Assembly: GCA_000091205.1 (NCBI GenBank)
Contig: AP006488.2
Source: Cyanidioschyzon merolae
Taxonomy: Eukaryota
Length of the DNA stretch: 64,000 nt
Strand: one strand, 5' to 3'
The translations under genes and the position numbers were made by a program. Shown one piece after another: positions 33,610 through 45,560 of this stretch (positions are counted from its first letter, which is position 1; every line of letters starts with the position of its first letter). The notes under the pieces are model-generated. The model saw only the letters and a program-made list of their open reading frames with translations, was not told the origin of the DNA and searched no databases.

Positions 33610-35490
33610 GCAGGCCTATAATGGAGCTGCTCGTCGAATGCGGGATTCCATTGTAAAGAGACTTGTTGCGTCTGTCGTTCGCCCAAAGGCGGAAAGCAGT
33701 GCTTTCGTGGAATTGCTCATCGAATGCGGTCTTCGAGCATGCCATGACTTGTTGTATTCTGACGTTCGCCAAACGACAGAGCGCAGTGCCATGGTGGATC
33801 TGCTCACTGAATGCGACGCGAGACTGCGGGGTCGCTTGATGGGTTTGCCTTCCTCTAAAACGCGCAAACTCCGTTGTCCGCAGCGAATTCTGAGTACATC
33901 GTCATTTAAGCCGAGATCGCAGAGCACTTTGCGCACCGTCTGTGTCCCGGCGCGACAGGTCCCCGATCCAGTGCAATTTCGGATGTCCATGGACGCTGCT
34001 TGTGCTGCTCCATACGAAATTGATTATCGCAAAGCACAGATCCAGATGCTCAGCATGCTCCTGTGATGTCGCGTTTTTGTGCCCTGCATCTCTTTTTTCT
34101 CAAAAGTGTGATCATTCCATCGGACATATCATCTGTTCGGAGAATCCGCGAATCAGACGTTCATGCAGACCAGTCGACGCCGCGGAGCATCTCTGGAGGG
34201 TAGGTCGTCCGCGCAGTCATGCATGAATGCGCTCAAGCTTGGATGTATCGTTATCAATGACCTGAAATCACAAGTCCACATGTCTTCCTATCCTGCGCTA
34301 GGGAGGAGCGTCGCGCCCGCGGCCGCCAAGTAACCAAAACATTCACAAGTATTCCGGAAATCGGCGTGCACATTAGCTGAAGAAGAGCTACCACATGCAG
34401 TGCCGCGGAGCGCGCCTGCTGCATGCACTTCGCTCTCGCCTGGCCATTCATCGATGCCTAACGCATTCAACGCATCTTGGGAATCTTTTCCTTTCAAAAC
34501 TGCTTCACAAAGGACTGAGCTTTGGCGCTCGCTCCAGACGGAAGCATCCACTGAGAATGTTCTCGTGACGTTCATTGCACAACGTGGGCTAGACGGATCC
34601 ACCCTCACCCAGTGAAAGCTTCGATACGGTCACCAGTACGATAAAGCCATACCAATACCGGGCTTTTCGCAACGATACACTCCCACTGCTTCCACCACAA
34701 AACGGAGCGAGCCGTGCAGTCGCCGTGTGTGCGCGCTGCGGCACAGACGCGAACGCCAGTCCAGCGCCCTGCCCAGGTCTGCGTACGCTGCGTTGCGATA
34801 CCACCGCTCTGGATGTCTATGTTGCGCGTTCTGAAGGCAGAATTGCAATTTGCTTGCTCATTCAAACCACAGCATGCTCTAAAAGCAGCGTGGCAACCAA
34901 CAAACAACACCGCACGCAGCAATCGTCACCTGCACCGTGGTGTATACACACACGCGCGCGTGAACTGCTACCTGCAGCATAAACTTTGCCGCACCCAACT
35001 ACCAAAGATTAAAAGCTACGCACACGCTCACGCAACCATACCTGTTCTAGTCCATTTCGATACTTGGGGAAGACGAGGCACTGCTTCCCCGTCATCCAAA
35101 TGCCGCGATGCCGGCACGCATGCATGCACATGCAAATGCGCGAAACGCTTTCCCGCCACATCACGCGATTCGCCTGCGATCGCGCTGATGTGGTACTGAG
35201 GCGCGCGCGCGTCCGGCGCTCCCAGCGCAGCGACGACTCCAGAGCGCACCCTGCCCTGCCGAGCCCGGCCCCAGAGGATAGCATCAGCGCCGCTTCCAGT
35301 CGTCAGTGCACCATGCGATGATCGCGCGCAGGCGTCTGTGGATCGCTTGTCAAGCGGCATCGCTTCATGGCAGGTGAGTGTCCAGTTTTGCTTGTCAAGC
35401 GGCGGTACCTTGTTCAGGAGCTGGTTGCGTGAAGCACGCTGCGTGTGTGAGCGGTTACCAGAAACAGGGCTCGCGGGTGGTGAAGGCCTG

Positions 35491-36579
35491 ATGACCCTCC
35501 GCGGTCGCTTTCCGAGTGACGTGTGGCCCGGGCGGAACCGCTTCTACTGTCGAGGCAGGTGCATCAGTGGACCGGACCCCTGGGGTGCCCTGCTAACGTT
35601 TGCTCTGATCGCTGTTGCCACGGGACTTTTTCTCGCGATACCCGTTCCGTTTCTACTGGAAAACTATGTTCGAACGGGAGTTGCTGTGCTAGCGACGACG
35701 CTGCCGCTTCTTGTGGTGACGCTAACGTCGTTCTTCCTGACGGTTTTCGACGACCCTGGTATCCTGCCTCGCCAGAGCGTTGATCTCTTTGCACGGAGAA
35801 TTCGGCGTAACGCGCCGCTTCTTCGGAAGAAGGAGGTGTATTATGACGGTCAACGCTTTGTCTTGAAATACTGCGAGACCTGTCAGCTATACCGACCACC
35901 GCGCTGCTCTCACTGCTCTTCGTGCAATAACTGCGTCGAGCGCTTCGATCATCACTGCCCGTGGGTGAGCAACTGCGTGGGTTTGCGTAACTACCGCACG
36001 TTCTTCATCTTCATATCATCTTGTTTGGTGCTGTCGGGGCTCGTAGTGGCGTACACCATTCTCTACCTGGTGGACGTGTCGAACCAGAAGGTAAGCATCG
36101 GAGCATCGTCGACTGGGTTTGCGGGCTTTGCCCGCTCGCTTTCGAACGGCCCTACCGCTGCGAGCCTGGTCTCCTTAATCATTGCCTTATTTGGTGTGGT
36201 GTTTACGGGCGCGCTTACTGTTTTCCATACGGTGCTTATATTCACGAACAAGACCACTGCTGAGTCCTTTAAGTACACGTTTCGGGGCCATGCTAGTCCT
36301 TTTCAGCCGAAGGGTCTGAAAAATCTGGCCAAGGTGTTGTGTTCGAGGAAGCCCCCGAGCAAAGTTAAGGTGAACGCCCATATTGACCCGAAGTTTCTTG
36401 AGATGATCCTCATTGATCCAAGAGATCTCGAAGCGGCTGCCCAGAATATGGAACTCGATTTGTCTTGGTATCATCCGCTGGATTTGCAAAGAGCACCAGC
36501 GAGTTACAAGTATGATCGAGTGATCTTGCCGGTACCGAATTCTGCGCGGACGTCAGCCGTTCAACAACAAGGCGAATAA
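35491..36579 (+). CDS. DHHC-type protein S-acyltransferase (palmitoyltransferase)
   Basis: Two N-terminal TM helices, then [45 protein letters not shown] (the DHHC cysteine-rich domain), then two further TM helices. Confidence 0.85.
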   Translation: MTLRGRFPSDVWPGRNRFYCRGRCISGPDPWGALLTFALIAVATGLFLAIPVPFLLENYVRTGVAVLATTLPLLVVTLTSFFLTVFDDPGILPRQSVDLFARRIRRNAPLLRKKEVYYDGQRFVLKYCETCQLYRPPRCSHCSSCNNCVERFDHHCPWVSNCVGLRNYRTFFIFISSCLVLSGLVVAYTILYLVDVSNQKVSIGASSTGFAGFARSLSNGPTAASLVSLIIALFGVVFTGALTVFHTVLIFTNKTTAESFKYTFRGHASPFQPKGLKNLAKVLCSRKPPSKVKVNAHIDPKFLEMILIDPRDLEAAAQNMELDLSWYHPLDLQRAPASYKYDRVILPVPNSARTSAVQQQGE

Positions 36580-38260
36580 GTTATTTCGCGCGTATACCGA
36601 CCGAAGATGATGGCAGCTTCGCCAGGTCGCCCTATTGACCAGGGATATGCTCGTTGTGTGTATCGGTTGCGGCTCCGGGAAAACGCTCACATCGTGTGGC
36701 TCTCGCGTGGAATGCGGGCGCTGGCGACTCGAAGCACGATGGTAACCGCCACGTCGAGTAGAGTGCTTTCGAGATGCGATGTTGACGCGACGACGGCGTT
36801 GTTTTAGTTCGAGCGGTACCTGGGATAGGCAGGTTGCCTCTGAACCGCTCGTTCATTCAGCAAAGATGCTGTCGACGCTCACACCGATCTGGTATGACTC
36901 GTTCCGGATGGAGTGGCGGGCATCAACGCTTATGCCGCAGGTGTTTGTCCATAGTCGCGCATACTGTGCAAGTGGACCCTCGTATCGCAAGGAGTCGCCT
37001 CGCCTAGAGGGAGAAGGCGCCTTCCAGTGGCCATTGCGGATACGGCCTTGTTTTGGATTCTCTTGCGCTGTGAGGCTGTGTTCAGGTTTTATTCGAACGC
37101 TTGTGTTCGCGTGTTTCTACTTGAAGCGGTGCTAGCGTGGCGCATCACAACCATCCTTCGATCGCCTAGTCAGAGATCTCTGACCTTTCAGTTTCGTGGT
37201 CGCGCACCAGAAACCTCTCAGCAATTACTTTTACAGGCTCCGAGTGTCAAGTGTTTTGACAGCGATTTGAGCAGGAAATTGGCTCTAACCCGTGTCGCAA
37301 GCGCACAGCATGCGTCTTTGAAAGGGCTACGTTTTCAACAAAAATGGAAATCAAGAGACTGGCAGCGCTGTGCCAGCACGCTTGCCTCGGAACCATGGTG
37401 GAGAATTTCGGTCATTTGCATCGACCAGTCGTGTATAGCGGAGATGCTGGTCACCGCAGTGTCCCTCACTCGGGCTGTACGACCCCTGGGCCGTATGTCA
37501 TGTGAGCACTCGACGAAGAAATCACCTGCGGGACGCTGTAGTACGTTTATAAGCCTGGTTCATGGAAGCACTTGTGTTCCCCGACCGCAACTCAATATCT
37601 GTTTACTGCCAGGGAGCGCAGGTAACCCACGGCAGCGGCCAAACGCATCCACGGCTTCAGCGAGCCGGCTTACGCAGAGGTCCCGCATGTCTTTCGTAAA
37701 CGGGGAAGCCCTCTATGTCGTCTGGAGCCTACCAGAGTACCCAGTTCGATGGGCAGTGCATCAGATCCCCTGAGTGCATGCCATAAACATGGGACGCTTT
37801 GTTTCGATTTCGATGGTTCACAAACAGACGAGCATGCGTATGGACGCATCCACGAGGACAGGGATCCAGTGAGGGTTCAACCTATGTCCCGTTACAGCGG
37901 GGTCGTCTGTGAACGCTGGACGCGCGCTTGCTTCCCACCTGGACAGACTTCACAGGCGTCGACGTGCCACGACCGCACCGGCGCTATAGGCGGTACCACC
38001 GACGATCAGGGCAAGCACTCGATGCACGGTAGAATGTATGAAGCGACTCGTATATCCGAGAAGAGGTATGGGCTATGGGACTCGGTGAATCGAGCGGTGC
38101 TTCACCGCGCGCTGATATCAAGCGCAGAGACAAGGAATGCTAGCCTGTGTGTCTATGATTGTCTAATTAAAGATGGAAATGGAAAGCGACGGATGCTGGT
38201 GCTGGCACACCTGCGTCGCCTCCTACGCCATGTATTTGTAGTGTTCAGTACGACGTTTCG

Positions 38261-39046
38261 ATGTGTGTTCGATCAAATAGCGCGATAGCGGGTAGACGGG
38301 TCTCGCGATGGGTGCTGCTCATAACGACGCTGCTCTTTTTGGTAGTGTCGCAGCCGCCAGACTGGCTTGGGCGGCAGACGCAGCAGCTGCCGGTGTCACG
38401 GGAGCCTGACTGGTCCAGTAGCCTCCGGAGCACGGCAGCGTTGTTACGGGTGTCGTCTTGGCTTCCACGGGTGGCGCTCGCTGAGGCCGCACAGTCGTAC
38501 TACACAGTGCTGGGGGTTTCGCGAGACGCTACCGAGCGAGAAATCAAGCGGGCATACCTCAAACTCGCGAAACGGTACCATCCGGACAAGAATCGCGGTG
38601 ACAAAAAAGCCGAGCGAAAGTTCCGACTCATTGCTCGAGCCTACGAGGTTTTGAGCGATACAGAGAAACGGAGAGTATACGACCAGCTGGGCGAGGAGGG
38701 CCTGCGTCAGCAGGAGCAGGGTGGCAGCCAAACCGGACCCTACCAGGGCCAGTCTGGTCAATTCCAGCAGTTCTTTTTCCCTGGAGGCGGACCTTTTGGA
38801 CACCAACATGGGTCGAACTTTCGCTTCAGCTTTCAAGATAACGGAGGAAGGGCCGGAGGCGCCTTCGATACAGGTTTCCCTTTTGAGGACCTCTTCAACG
38901 AGTTTATGGGTAGTAACCCGGGCGGTTCTCGCCAGCGTCGCACCTTCCAACAGAGACGCCGCCCTGGTGGTTACCAGCGTTGTGAAGAGACAAAAATATG
39001 CTCAAATGGGCGCTGTCAGACGCGAATCACCTGTAGCACGATTTAG
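38261..39046 (+). CDS. Signal-peptide-bearing J-domain protein with Gly/Phe-rich region (ER DnaJ, ERdj4/DNAJB9-like)
   Basis: J domain [62 protein letters not shown] with the HPD motif. It is preceded by the hydrophobic [13 protein letters not shown] and followed by a G/F-rich tract ([14 protein letters not shown]). There is no C-terminal client-binding domain. Confidence 0.8.
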   Translation: MCVRSNSAIAGRRVSRWVLLITTLLFLVVSQPPDWLGRQTQQLPVSREPDWSSSLRSTAALLRVSSWLPRVALAEAAQSYYTVLGVSRDATEREIKRAYLKLAKRYHPDKNRGDKKAERKFRLIARAYEVLSDTEKRRVYDQLGEEGLRQQEQGGSQTGPYQGQSGQFQQFFFPGGGPFGHQHGSNFRFSFQDNGGRAGGAFDTGFPFEDLFNEFMGSNPGGSRQRRTFQQRRRPGGYQRCEETKICSNGRCQTRITCSTI

Positions 39047-39884
39047 GCGTGCCGCTGTACAGAGACGCTGCGCAAGAGCATACAAGTTACTCGTTCGTTC
39101 GCATTGTAGCAAGCTTTGGAGGATCCATGGTACTTGCATGGCTTTGTAAGCGCTTCTGTGACACGTTCTTGTTGACGCGACCCCGCACTGCCCATCGAGC
39201 CGGACGCTTTCCGGAAGCCGTGCTGATTGCAAGAGGCCAGCATATGGTACCGCCCGAGCGCTTCAATCCTTAGAGCAAGTGTTTACTCGGCCGTTATCAT
39301 TAGTCATTGCAGGAAAGGTAATCGTCGCAGTAGTCGTTTACATCGATGTCAGAATAAAGCGCAATTGGTTCCCTAGCTCGGACGTACACTCCGTAGTTTG
39401 GGTCGCTTCCCACTGGTATCAACACCTGAGTTGCAGGCTTTTTCTGCGACTGCGTCCTCCCGCTCTCTCGTATCTGCGGCTTCAAATAAGACCGTCTCCC
39501 CTGTACCTCGAGCTCCGTTGTCACTAGTCGGACGGTATTGATGGTAGCGTTCATGGTCCGATTTCGCTGTGTCCGGCTGCTGTCGACGCATTCCACGCGC
39601 AGACGGGTGTTGTTGCGATCCAGACTGCGGCTTGCCATTTTCATCCGCTCTGGACATAGATTCCGTGCTCCATTTTCACAGTAGTGAAACTGGGCTACGG
39701 TCAGGCGCTCCCGCATTTCTTAGACGCATTCTCCTCCGAGGACCATGCTGTGACGTATGAGCTTTTCATTCATCGCTGGGCACATGTCCGTATCGGATAC
39801 AGCAGACTCCACTTGACTCACTCCTCTATTTCCGCGCCTGAGTGCCATAACCCAGGATCACACGCTTGTTCCTTGCGATCACTA

Positions 39885-40700
39885 TGACGAGTATGCTGTC
39901 CGTTGCACGCGCACACTGTTTCAGTCTACAGCGTATTTGTGGAACGCGATGCCGTCCATAACGAGACATGTGCCAGAAGGTGAACCCTGCCTGGAGAACA
40001 AGTCGAGAAATTTCGATCGGTCCAGGATCCTTTCGTGCAAAGTGATGAAGCACGCTCCGACAGCAGCAAATCGCTGAGGTGACTGAAAACCGAGTCCGTG
40101 ATCGTCTTCCATAGAAACGCGAGAGACGGGAGCTCCCGCGGGCATACCCCGGCGAGAGGTATCATGCTGCTGTGAAATTCCATTTCGAGCATGGCCACGT
40201 AGAGAAGAGAGTTTGTCTTTCGAACGGAGTCGATTATTTGAAGTGCCAAGTTCGGAAAAATTTCGTCATGAAATTATGAACGCCTACTCAAGGAATGACA
40301 TCGAGTTTTTTCTTCGTCGTCCATCCAGAGGTGCGAATACCTGCGCCCACAAGTTGCCTTGAGACAGAGAGATTGAAAACTTGATGAATGTGCGATTGGA
40401 ACGTGCTACACACGTTACGAAAGAACAAGAATGGACGCTTATACGCATGGACTTGATAGTGATATCGGTTATTTTAGGAACCTTTGTTCGCGGGCGTCGC
40501 GAATCGTCTTCATTCTGGTCGCGTCATGGATTTCAGCGGAAAAGCGTCGAAGAAGCGACGTCGAAAACACGCCCGAGCAACTTGGAAAAACTACGTATGG
40601 ATCCGCAATTTCTCTTTGATGCAATTCGGATATTGAAACTGCAAATGTGAAAAACAATTCGCAAAACAATCGACACGCAGCAACAGAGCAACCACTTCAG
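39885..40700 (+). repeat. Dispersed repeat family, copy B, near full length
   Basis: Collinear with copy A over most of its length. It shares gtggaacgcgatg, gagaacaagtcgagaaatttcgatc, gagaggtatcatgctgctgtgaaattcc, gaggtgcgaatacctgcgcccacaagttgccttgag, gatatcggttattttaggaacc, and gcgtcgaagaagcgacgtcgaaaacacgcccgagcaacttgg. ORF 40381..40650 shares DNA-level similarity only. Confidence 0.6.
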
Positions 40701-41389
40701 TGTTCCACATTGGTCTTAAACATGAGTGTACTGCCAGAGAGCCCGGCGAGACTCCGAGAACCCGAATTCATAGCCACTCGCGAACAACGTACGGCATCCT
40801 TGTAGCAGAGGTACTGCTTACGGGTCGCGTATCAAAGGTCGCAAACAGAGGCTTTCCTTCACCTCGTCGCCGCCGCGTCCCAGCGAAATTCCACCTGCAT
40901 CGCTCGCGATATTCTAGTTAGAGAGCACCACGCGACCACCAATAATCTTGCTCTTGATTCGAAAAGATTAATGAATGCTATGTGAAATAGATTCCGCGGC
41001 AGTGGCTTCAACAGCGAACGCTTACCAGCTCGTACCTCACTTGCTCAGAGCGCAGTAGCCTTCATGCAACTCAGCGCGCAGCCGGACAAGTTTACCTCTT
41101 TCTTTACTTTCAAGGACAGAAACTGCGTACCTCGCACTTTTCACGTCATCAACAAGCCAATCTCAGCTTGAACTTGAACTTCCAACAGCAGTCATCTGCA
41201 GTCCACAAGACCTCTTTCAACACACACAGCGCCCTTCTGAAGATACCAGCGCTCGATGCGCTGGAGGCATCGGGCACCCGCGCCATCGCGACGATCCTGG
41301 CGTGCTGCTCATCCGTTGGCGCTGCCAGCCCCGAGAGCGTAACCATACGGTTCAGCAGTCCGTTCTGCGCGCCATATCAAGAAGAACGA

Positions 41390-42637
41390 ATGGGCTCTAC
41401 GACTGCTGTACTGCCCGTTGGCAACGCCGATGGGTCGCTAACGCTGACAAAGCACACAGCGACTGAAAAAGAGAGTCGGACGCTGGCGCTGGAAGACGCG
41501 TTCCTGCGGCTGAAACGCTTGCAACGTCACTACGAACTGCTCTGTATCCAAGAGGAGTACGTGAAAGACGAGCTTCGCCATCTTCAACGAGAGTTCGTGC
41601 ACGCCCAGGAGGAGGTTAGACGAATTCAGTCGGTTCCACTTGTTCTGGGAAGTTTTCTGGAAGCTATCGATGAGCACTACGTCATAGTGAGCAGTACAAC
41701 TGGAGCAAACTCGTACGTGCGGTGTCTGTCCACCGTTAATCGTGAACTCCTCAAACCGAACGCTACGGTTGCTTTACATCGCCACTCTAATGCACTGGTA
41801 GATACACTGCCGCCCGAGTCGGACTCGAGCATTGCAATACTAGAGCAGAGCGAAAAGCCCGATGTCACCTATGCTGATATTGGCGGCCTCGATACCCAGA
41901 AACAAGAGATTCGTGAGGCAGTTGAGCTCCCTCTAACAAACCCGGAGCTCTTTCTATCCATCGGCATTGATCCGCCGCGCGGTGTCTTGCTCTACGGACC
42001 ACCGGGTACCGGCAAGACGCTACTGGCGAAAGCAGTTGCGCATCATACAACCGCCGCCTTCATTCGTGTGCAAGCCTCGCAACTTGTGCAGAAATACCTC
42101 GGCGAGGGCCCACGCATGGTTCGTGACATATTTCGTCTTGCCCGCGAAAACCAGCCGGCTATTGTGTTTATCGATGAGATCGACGCGGTAGCAACCAAGC
42201 GCTTTGATGCGCAAACCGGGGCCGATCGTGAAGTGCAGCGCATTCTCATGGAGCTTCTTCAGTGCATGGACGGATTCGATCAACAAGATAATGTGAAAGT
42301 GATCATGGCTACGAATCGGGCCGATACGCTAGATCCAGCGTTGTTGCGCCCAGGGCGCTTGGATCGCAAGATTGAATTTCCGGTGCCAGACCGCCGCCAG
42401 AAGCGCCAAATATTTCAGGTCATCACGGGGAAAATGAACCTCGCCGAAGACGTCGACCTTGAGGAGTTCGTGTCGCGACCAGATCATCTATCCGGTGCTG
42501 CTATTGCTGCGATCTGTCAACAGGCGGGCATGTTGGCTGTGCGCAACAATCGATATGTGGTGCTCCACAAGGATTTCGATATCGCCTACAAGGAGAATGT
42601 CGGTAAGGACGAAACCGAGTTCGCATTTTATCGCTGA
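41390..42637 (+). CDS. PSMC4: 26S proteasome regulatory ATPase subunit Rpt3 (PSMC4 / S6b)
   Basis: Near-collinear with human PSMC4: [78 protein letters not shown]. Walker [44 protein letters not shown]-terminal EFAFYR. The ORF-track start at 41168 is TTG. The first ATG is at 41390. Confidence 0.92.
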   Translation: MGSTTAVLPVGNADGSLTLTKHTATEKESRTLALEDAFLRLKRLQRHYELLCIQEEYVKDELRHLQREFVHAQEEVRRIQSVPLVLGSFLEAIDEHYVIVSSTTGANSYVRCLSTVNRELLKPNATVALHRHSNALVDTLPPESDSSIAILEQSEKPDVTYADIGGLDTQKQEIREAVELPLTNPELFLSIGIDPPRGVLLYGPPGTGKTLLAKAVAHHTTAAFIRVQASQLVQKYLGEGPRMVRDIFRLARENQPAIVFIDEIDAVATKRFDAQTGADREVQRILMELLQCMDGFDQQDNVKVIMATNRADTLDPALLRPGRLDRKIEFPVPDRRQKRQIFQVITGKMNLAEDVDLEEFVSRPDHLSGAAIAAICQQAGMLAVRNNRYVVLHKDFDIAYKENVGKDETEFAFYR

Positions 42638-43148
42638 ATAACGACACGCGCACAAGCGCCGCAGTGGCTGCTGTGGCGACGCTGGCGCCGTGCTCCACAC
42701 AGATCCACGTTTCAGGAGGTTGAAACCATAAACACATGGGGACCGCTTGACATGAAGCACTCGGACGCCCCTGTCTCCGTCTTGTTCATGTCTGTGATGG
42801 CGATGTTTTCCAGAGCATGTCGAAAGCAGTGGCGTTGCCAGAGGCGCTGTGCAGGGCGCCTTGCCCGGGTTCGAGCGCTCTATTCGCTTAGACGAAAGCA
42901 GGTGCTGGTCGTCTCACAGGGAGCGCTGAGCGCCAGACGCTGTGTCGAAATGTATGCCTGACCCATGAGAAAGACGCAGCGGATAGCGAACCAGTGCTTC
43001 CCTGCTTCAATGCAGGTCTGCTGCGGATCCAAGGCGCACAGCCTCCGTTCTAGCGTGTATACCACGGGGCAGCGCTCGACATCGCTTCGCATCGCTACTC
43101 GAGGGGGTCGCTCGACGCAGAGAGACTATGGAGTCTTTGGCTGAAAAT

Positions 43149-44072
43149 TCAGCGCTTCTTGTAGAGACAAGGTTTCAGGGAAGGCATCTCGATGATGTGA
43201 ATCCTGCGCGCTGCTGATTCGGTCGCCTCGAATACGAAAAGCGTAAAGTAATCATGAAGCTGGCGATGTTCTTGTAGCCGCAGTCCGAGCGATTCGAGTG
43301 CGACGACAAAGTCTGCCTCGACCGAGCTCGACATCGTGGATGCCGTCGTCGATGCACCCCGTTGCAGCTGGACCCGAGCGCCGGGCGTGTCCCGGGTTTC
43401 CGCTCGGCTCTGAAAACGGCTTGTTATTTCGATAATGAGCAGCAAACCGGATCGAGTCGGGTCGCAACGCAAAAGGCGGAGGCCTTCCTTGACCATCGCG
43501 CCGTAATTGGGACCCATGAGTGAAAGACAGAAAACGACTGCATCTGCGCAGTCGTTGGGTAGACCAGTGCCCCGTGCCAGATCACAGGCCGTCACGAGTT
43601 CGTTTGCCGCAACCAAGTCGTATGAATGCACCTCGACAGTGAAACCGTTTCGGGCCGACCAAGAGTTGGCGAGTCTGCTATCCAGCGAGGCAGCGATGGT
43701 TGCCTCACCACAACCCATGTCGACGATCGAAAAGGCTTGAGCATTGAAAGTGGTGTTCAGCGGATGCGCTTTGGTGCCCCGCATGCGATGAAACTGGTGT
43801 ATCCGCCGCTTCAGCAGCTCCAGGCACACTTGCGTTGGGTTCAGGGGCCACTTTGCGACCTGTTCCTGATAACCCTTATGATAGAGGGCAAAGAGTTCAG
43901 GCTGTTTCAGAAACAGCTGAAATACCTCGTGCGAGTCTAGCGAGTAAAGTTGCTCGTTCAAGTACCGAAAGTGCGCTGCACGTAGACGAGCCTCTAGTTG
44001 GCTTTGCAACCGCGTTAACGCAGACGGTTTGTGACCCTGGTCTTTTCGACGGACCTTGTGCCGTGTTGGCAT
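43149..44072 (-). CDS. RRP8: Ribosomal RNA-processing protein 8 (SAM-dependent rRNA methyltransferase, Rrp8 family), short form
   Basis: RAAHFRYLNEQLYS, LYHKGYQEQVAKWPLNP, the SAM motif VDMGCGEA, VHSYDLVA, DAVVFCLSLMGPNYG, and a C-terminal ...LKPCLYKKR resembling the RRP8 family C-terminus. The long basic N-terminal domain of animal and fungal RRP8 is absent from this ORF. Confidence 0.88.
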   Translation of the reverse strand: MPTRHKVRRKDQGHKPSALTRLQSQLEARLRAAHFRYLNEQLYSLDSHEVFQLFLKQPELFALYHKGYQEQVAKWPLNPTQVCLELLKRRIHQFHRMRGTKAHPLNTTFNAQAFSIVDMGCGEATIAASLDSRLANSWSARNGFTVEVHSYDLVAANELVTACDLARGTGLPNDCADAVVFCLSLMGPNYGAMVKEGLRLLRCDPTRSGLLLIIEITSRFQSRAETRDTPGARVQLQRGASTTASTMSSSVEADFVVALESLGLRLQEHRQLHDYFTLFVFEATESAARRIHIIEMPSLKPCLYKKR

Positions 44073-44869
44073 CGCTTGACGCTCCGGGTCCCTGGCACTT
44101 ACGGCCTGGGTTCACTCGGAAACCACGAGTTTTTGAAGGCGCAGTCCTGCGCGCTACCGCCTACGTTGAAGCTGGAGGAGCGTTGCGCGTATGGATGTTT
44201 GGTGTCGCCAGACTGGTATCTATCCATACTGGCACACAGTTCGACAGGTGCTCTTCATCGGGTACACAAGCTAAAGTTTGGGTTTCTTCCAATTGTCGCA
44301 AACGCAGGCTATTACGAGCTTATTCTGCAACTGCATCCGTTCGCTTTCTCTTCTTGCTGGATTTACATTCGCCGGTCTCTCCTTCCGTCAAGATGCGATG
44401 TCGGCGGTCGAGGGTTATTGACGGCAACGTACAAGTGCTGATTACGTCGCTCATCGCCGTGGTCAAAGCATCTCATGCACAGACGAAAAGTCGCGATCAA
44501 CGCCTCGCTTGCCATTTCCATTGTCTTGTTCGTGCCCAGCGTTGGTGCGCTCTTCACTGCCGCGACACATGGCGGTGTGTTCAGATGCTGTAGCATATCG
44601 TGCATACCGCTTCAACGAATGGCCGTCCCGTGGCGCCTGAACGCTTGCTTCATCGTTCGGTACATGCTGGTGAAGATTGCTGAAGGCGCTCTACGATACG
44701 CACTTCCGTTTCCGTAACTGGTGGTGTACCCTACACGCACACGGGCTTGATGTGGGCGATGCCCTCGGCGAGTACGGCGTCCGCTGCAAGCGCACGCTCG
44801 TCTATTCGATCGAGGAGTTCTGAAACGCAATATTCTCCATGATAAAACACGCACCGGGAGCAAGTTCCG

Positions 44870-45560
44870 GACTCGAGAAGACGCCATAAGGCCTCAACCC
44901 GTGTTGGCAGCCTTCGTGCCAAGCGGTAACGCGCTGTCCACTGTAAGCGATCGCAGCGTTGCCTGAGGTCTGAGTTCAAGATTCTTTTCCATGCAAGTGG
45001 AACAAAAGGAAGCCTCTTGGTGAACAGCCCGTACGAGATATCATGCTGCTGCTGTTGAATGCAGTTTCATCGATGTCCGCGAAGCGGTTAGATTCTCTCT
45101 TTCGAATGGACTCCATTATTTGACATGAAAAGCCCGGTAAAATTTTGGCAGGTACTTGTGAACAAGCCGACAAGAGACGAGGTCGATTTTCTGTTCCATT
45201 TCAATCCAGTTGGATGCGTTGCTGCGCCAACGAGATGACTTGAAACACAATGTTCTAAAACTTCAAGCACGGGTGATTTGAGCATGCTACGAGTAAGGAC
45301 GGGAAACGAATGGAGGCTTCTGCGAAGGCGATGGATAATGATATCGGTTATTTTATGAACCCTTGTTGGAGGGTGTCGCGAACCATCTTGGTGACGATGG
45401 CGAAACGAATTTCAGCGTGGAGAGTCGACGGATCCACTCCAAAAACATAACCGAGAATACTAAAATTACACACGAATCCGCAAGCACTTGTTCCAGCACC
45501 TCGAGCGTCGAGGATGGACATGTGAAAAAATTCGAAAAAAATCGAAACGTTTCAGCCTTA
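44870..45560 (+). repeat. Dispersed repeat family, copy C (diverged)
   Basis: Shares gccttcgtgccaagcggtaacgcgctgtcc, gagatatcatgctgctgctgttgaatgcagtttcatcgatg, ttgagcatgctacgag, and gatatcggttattttatgaaccc...ggcgaaacgaatttcagcg with copies A, B and E. Confidence 0.5.
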
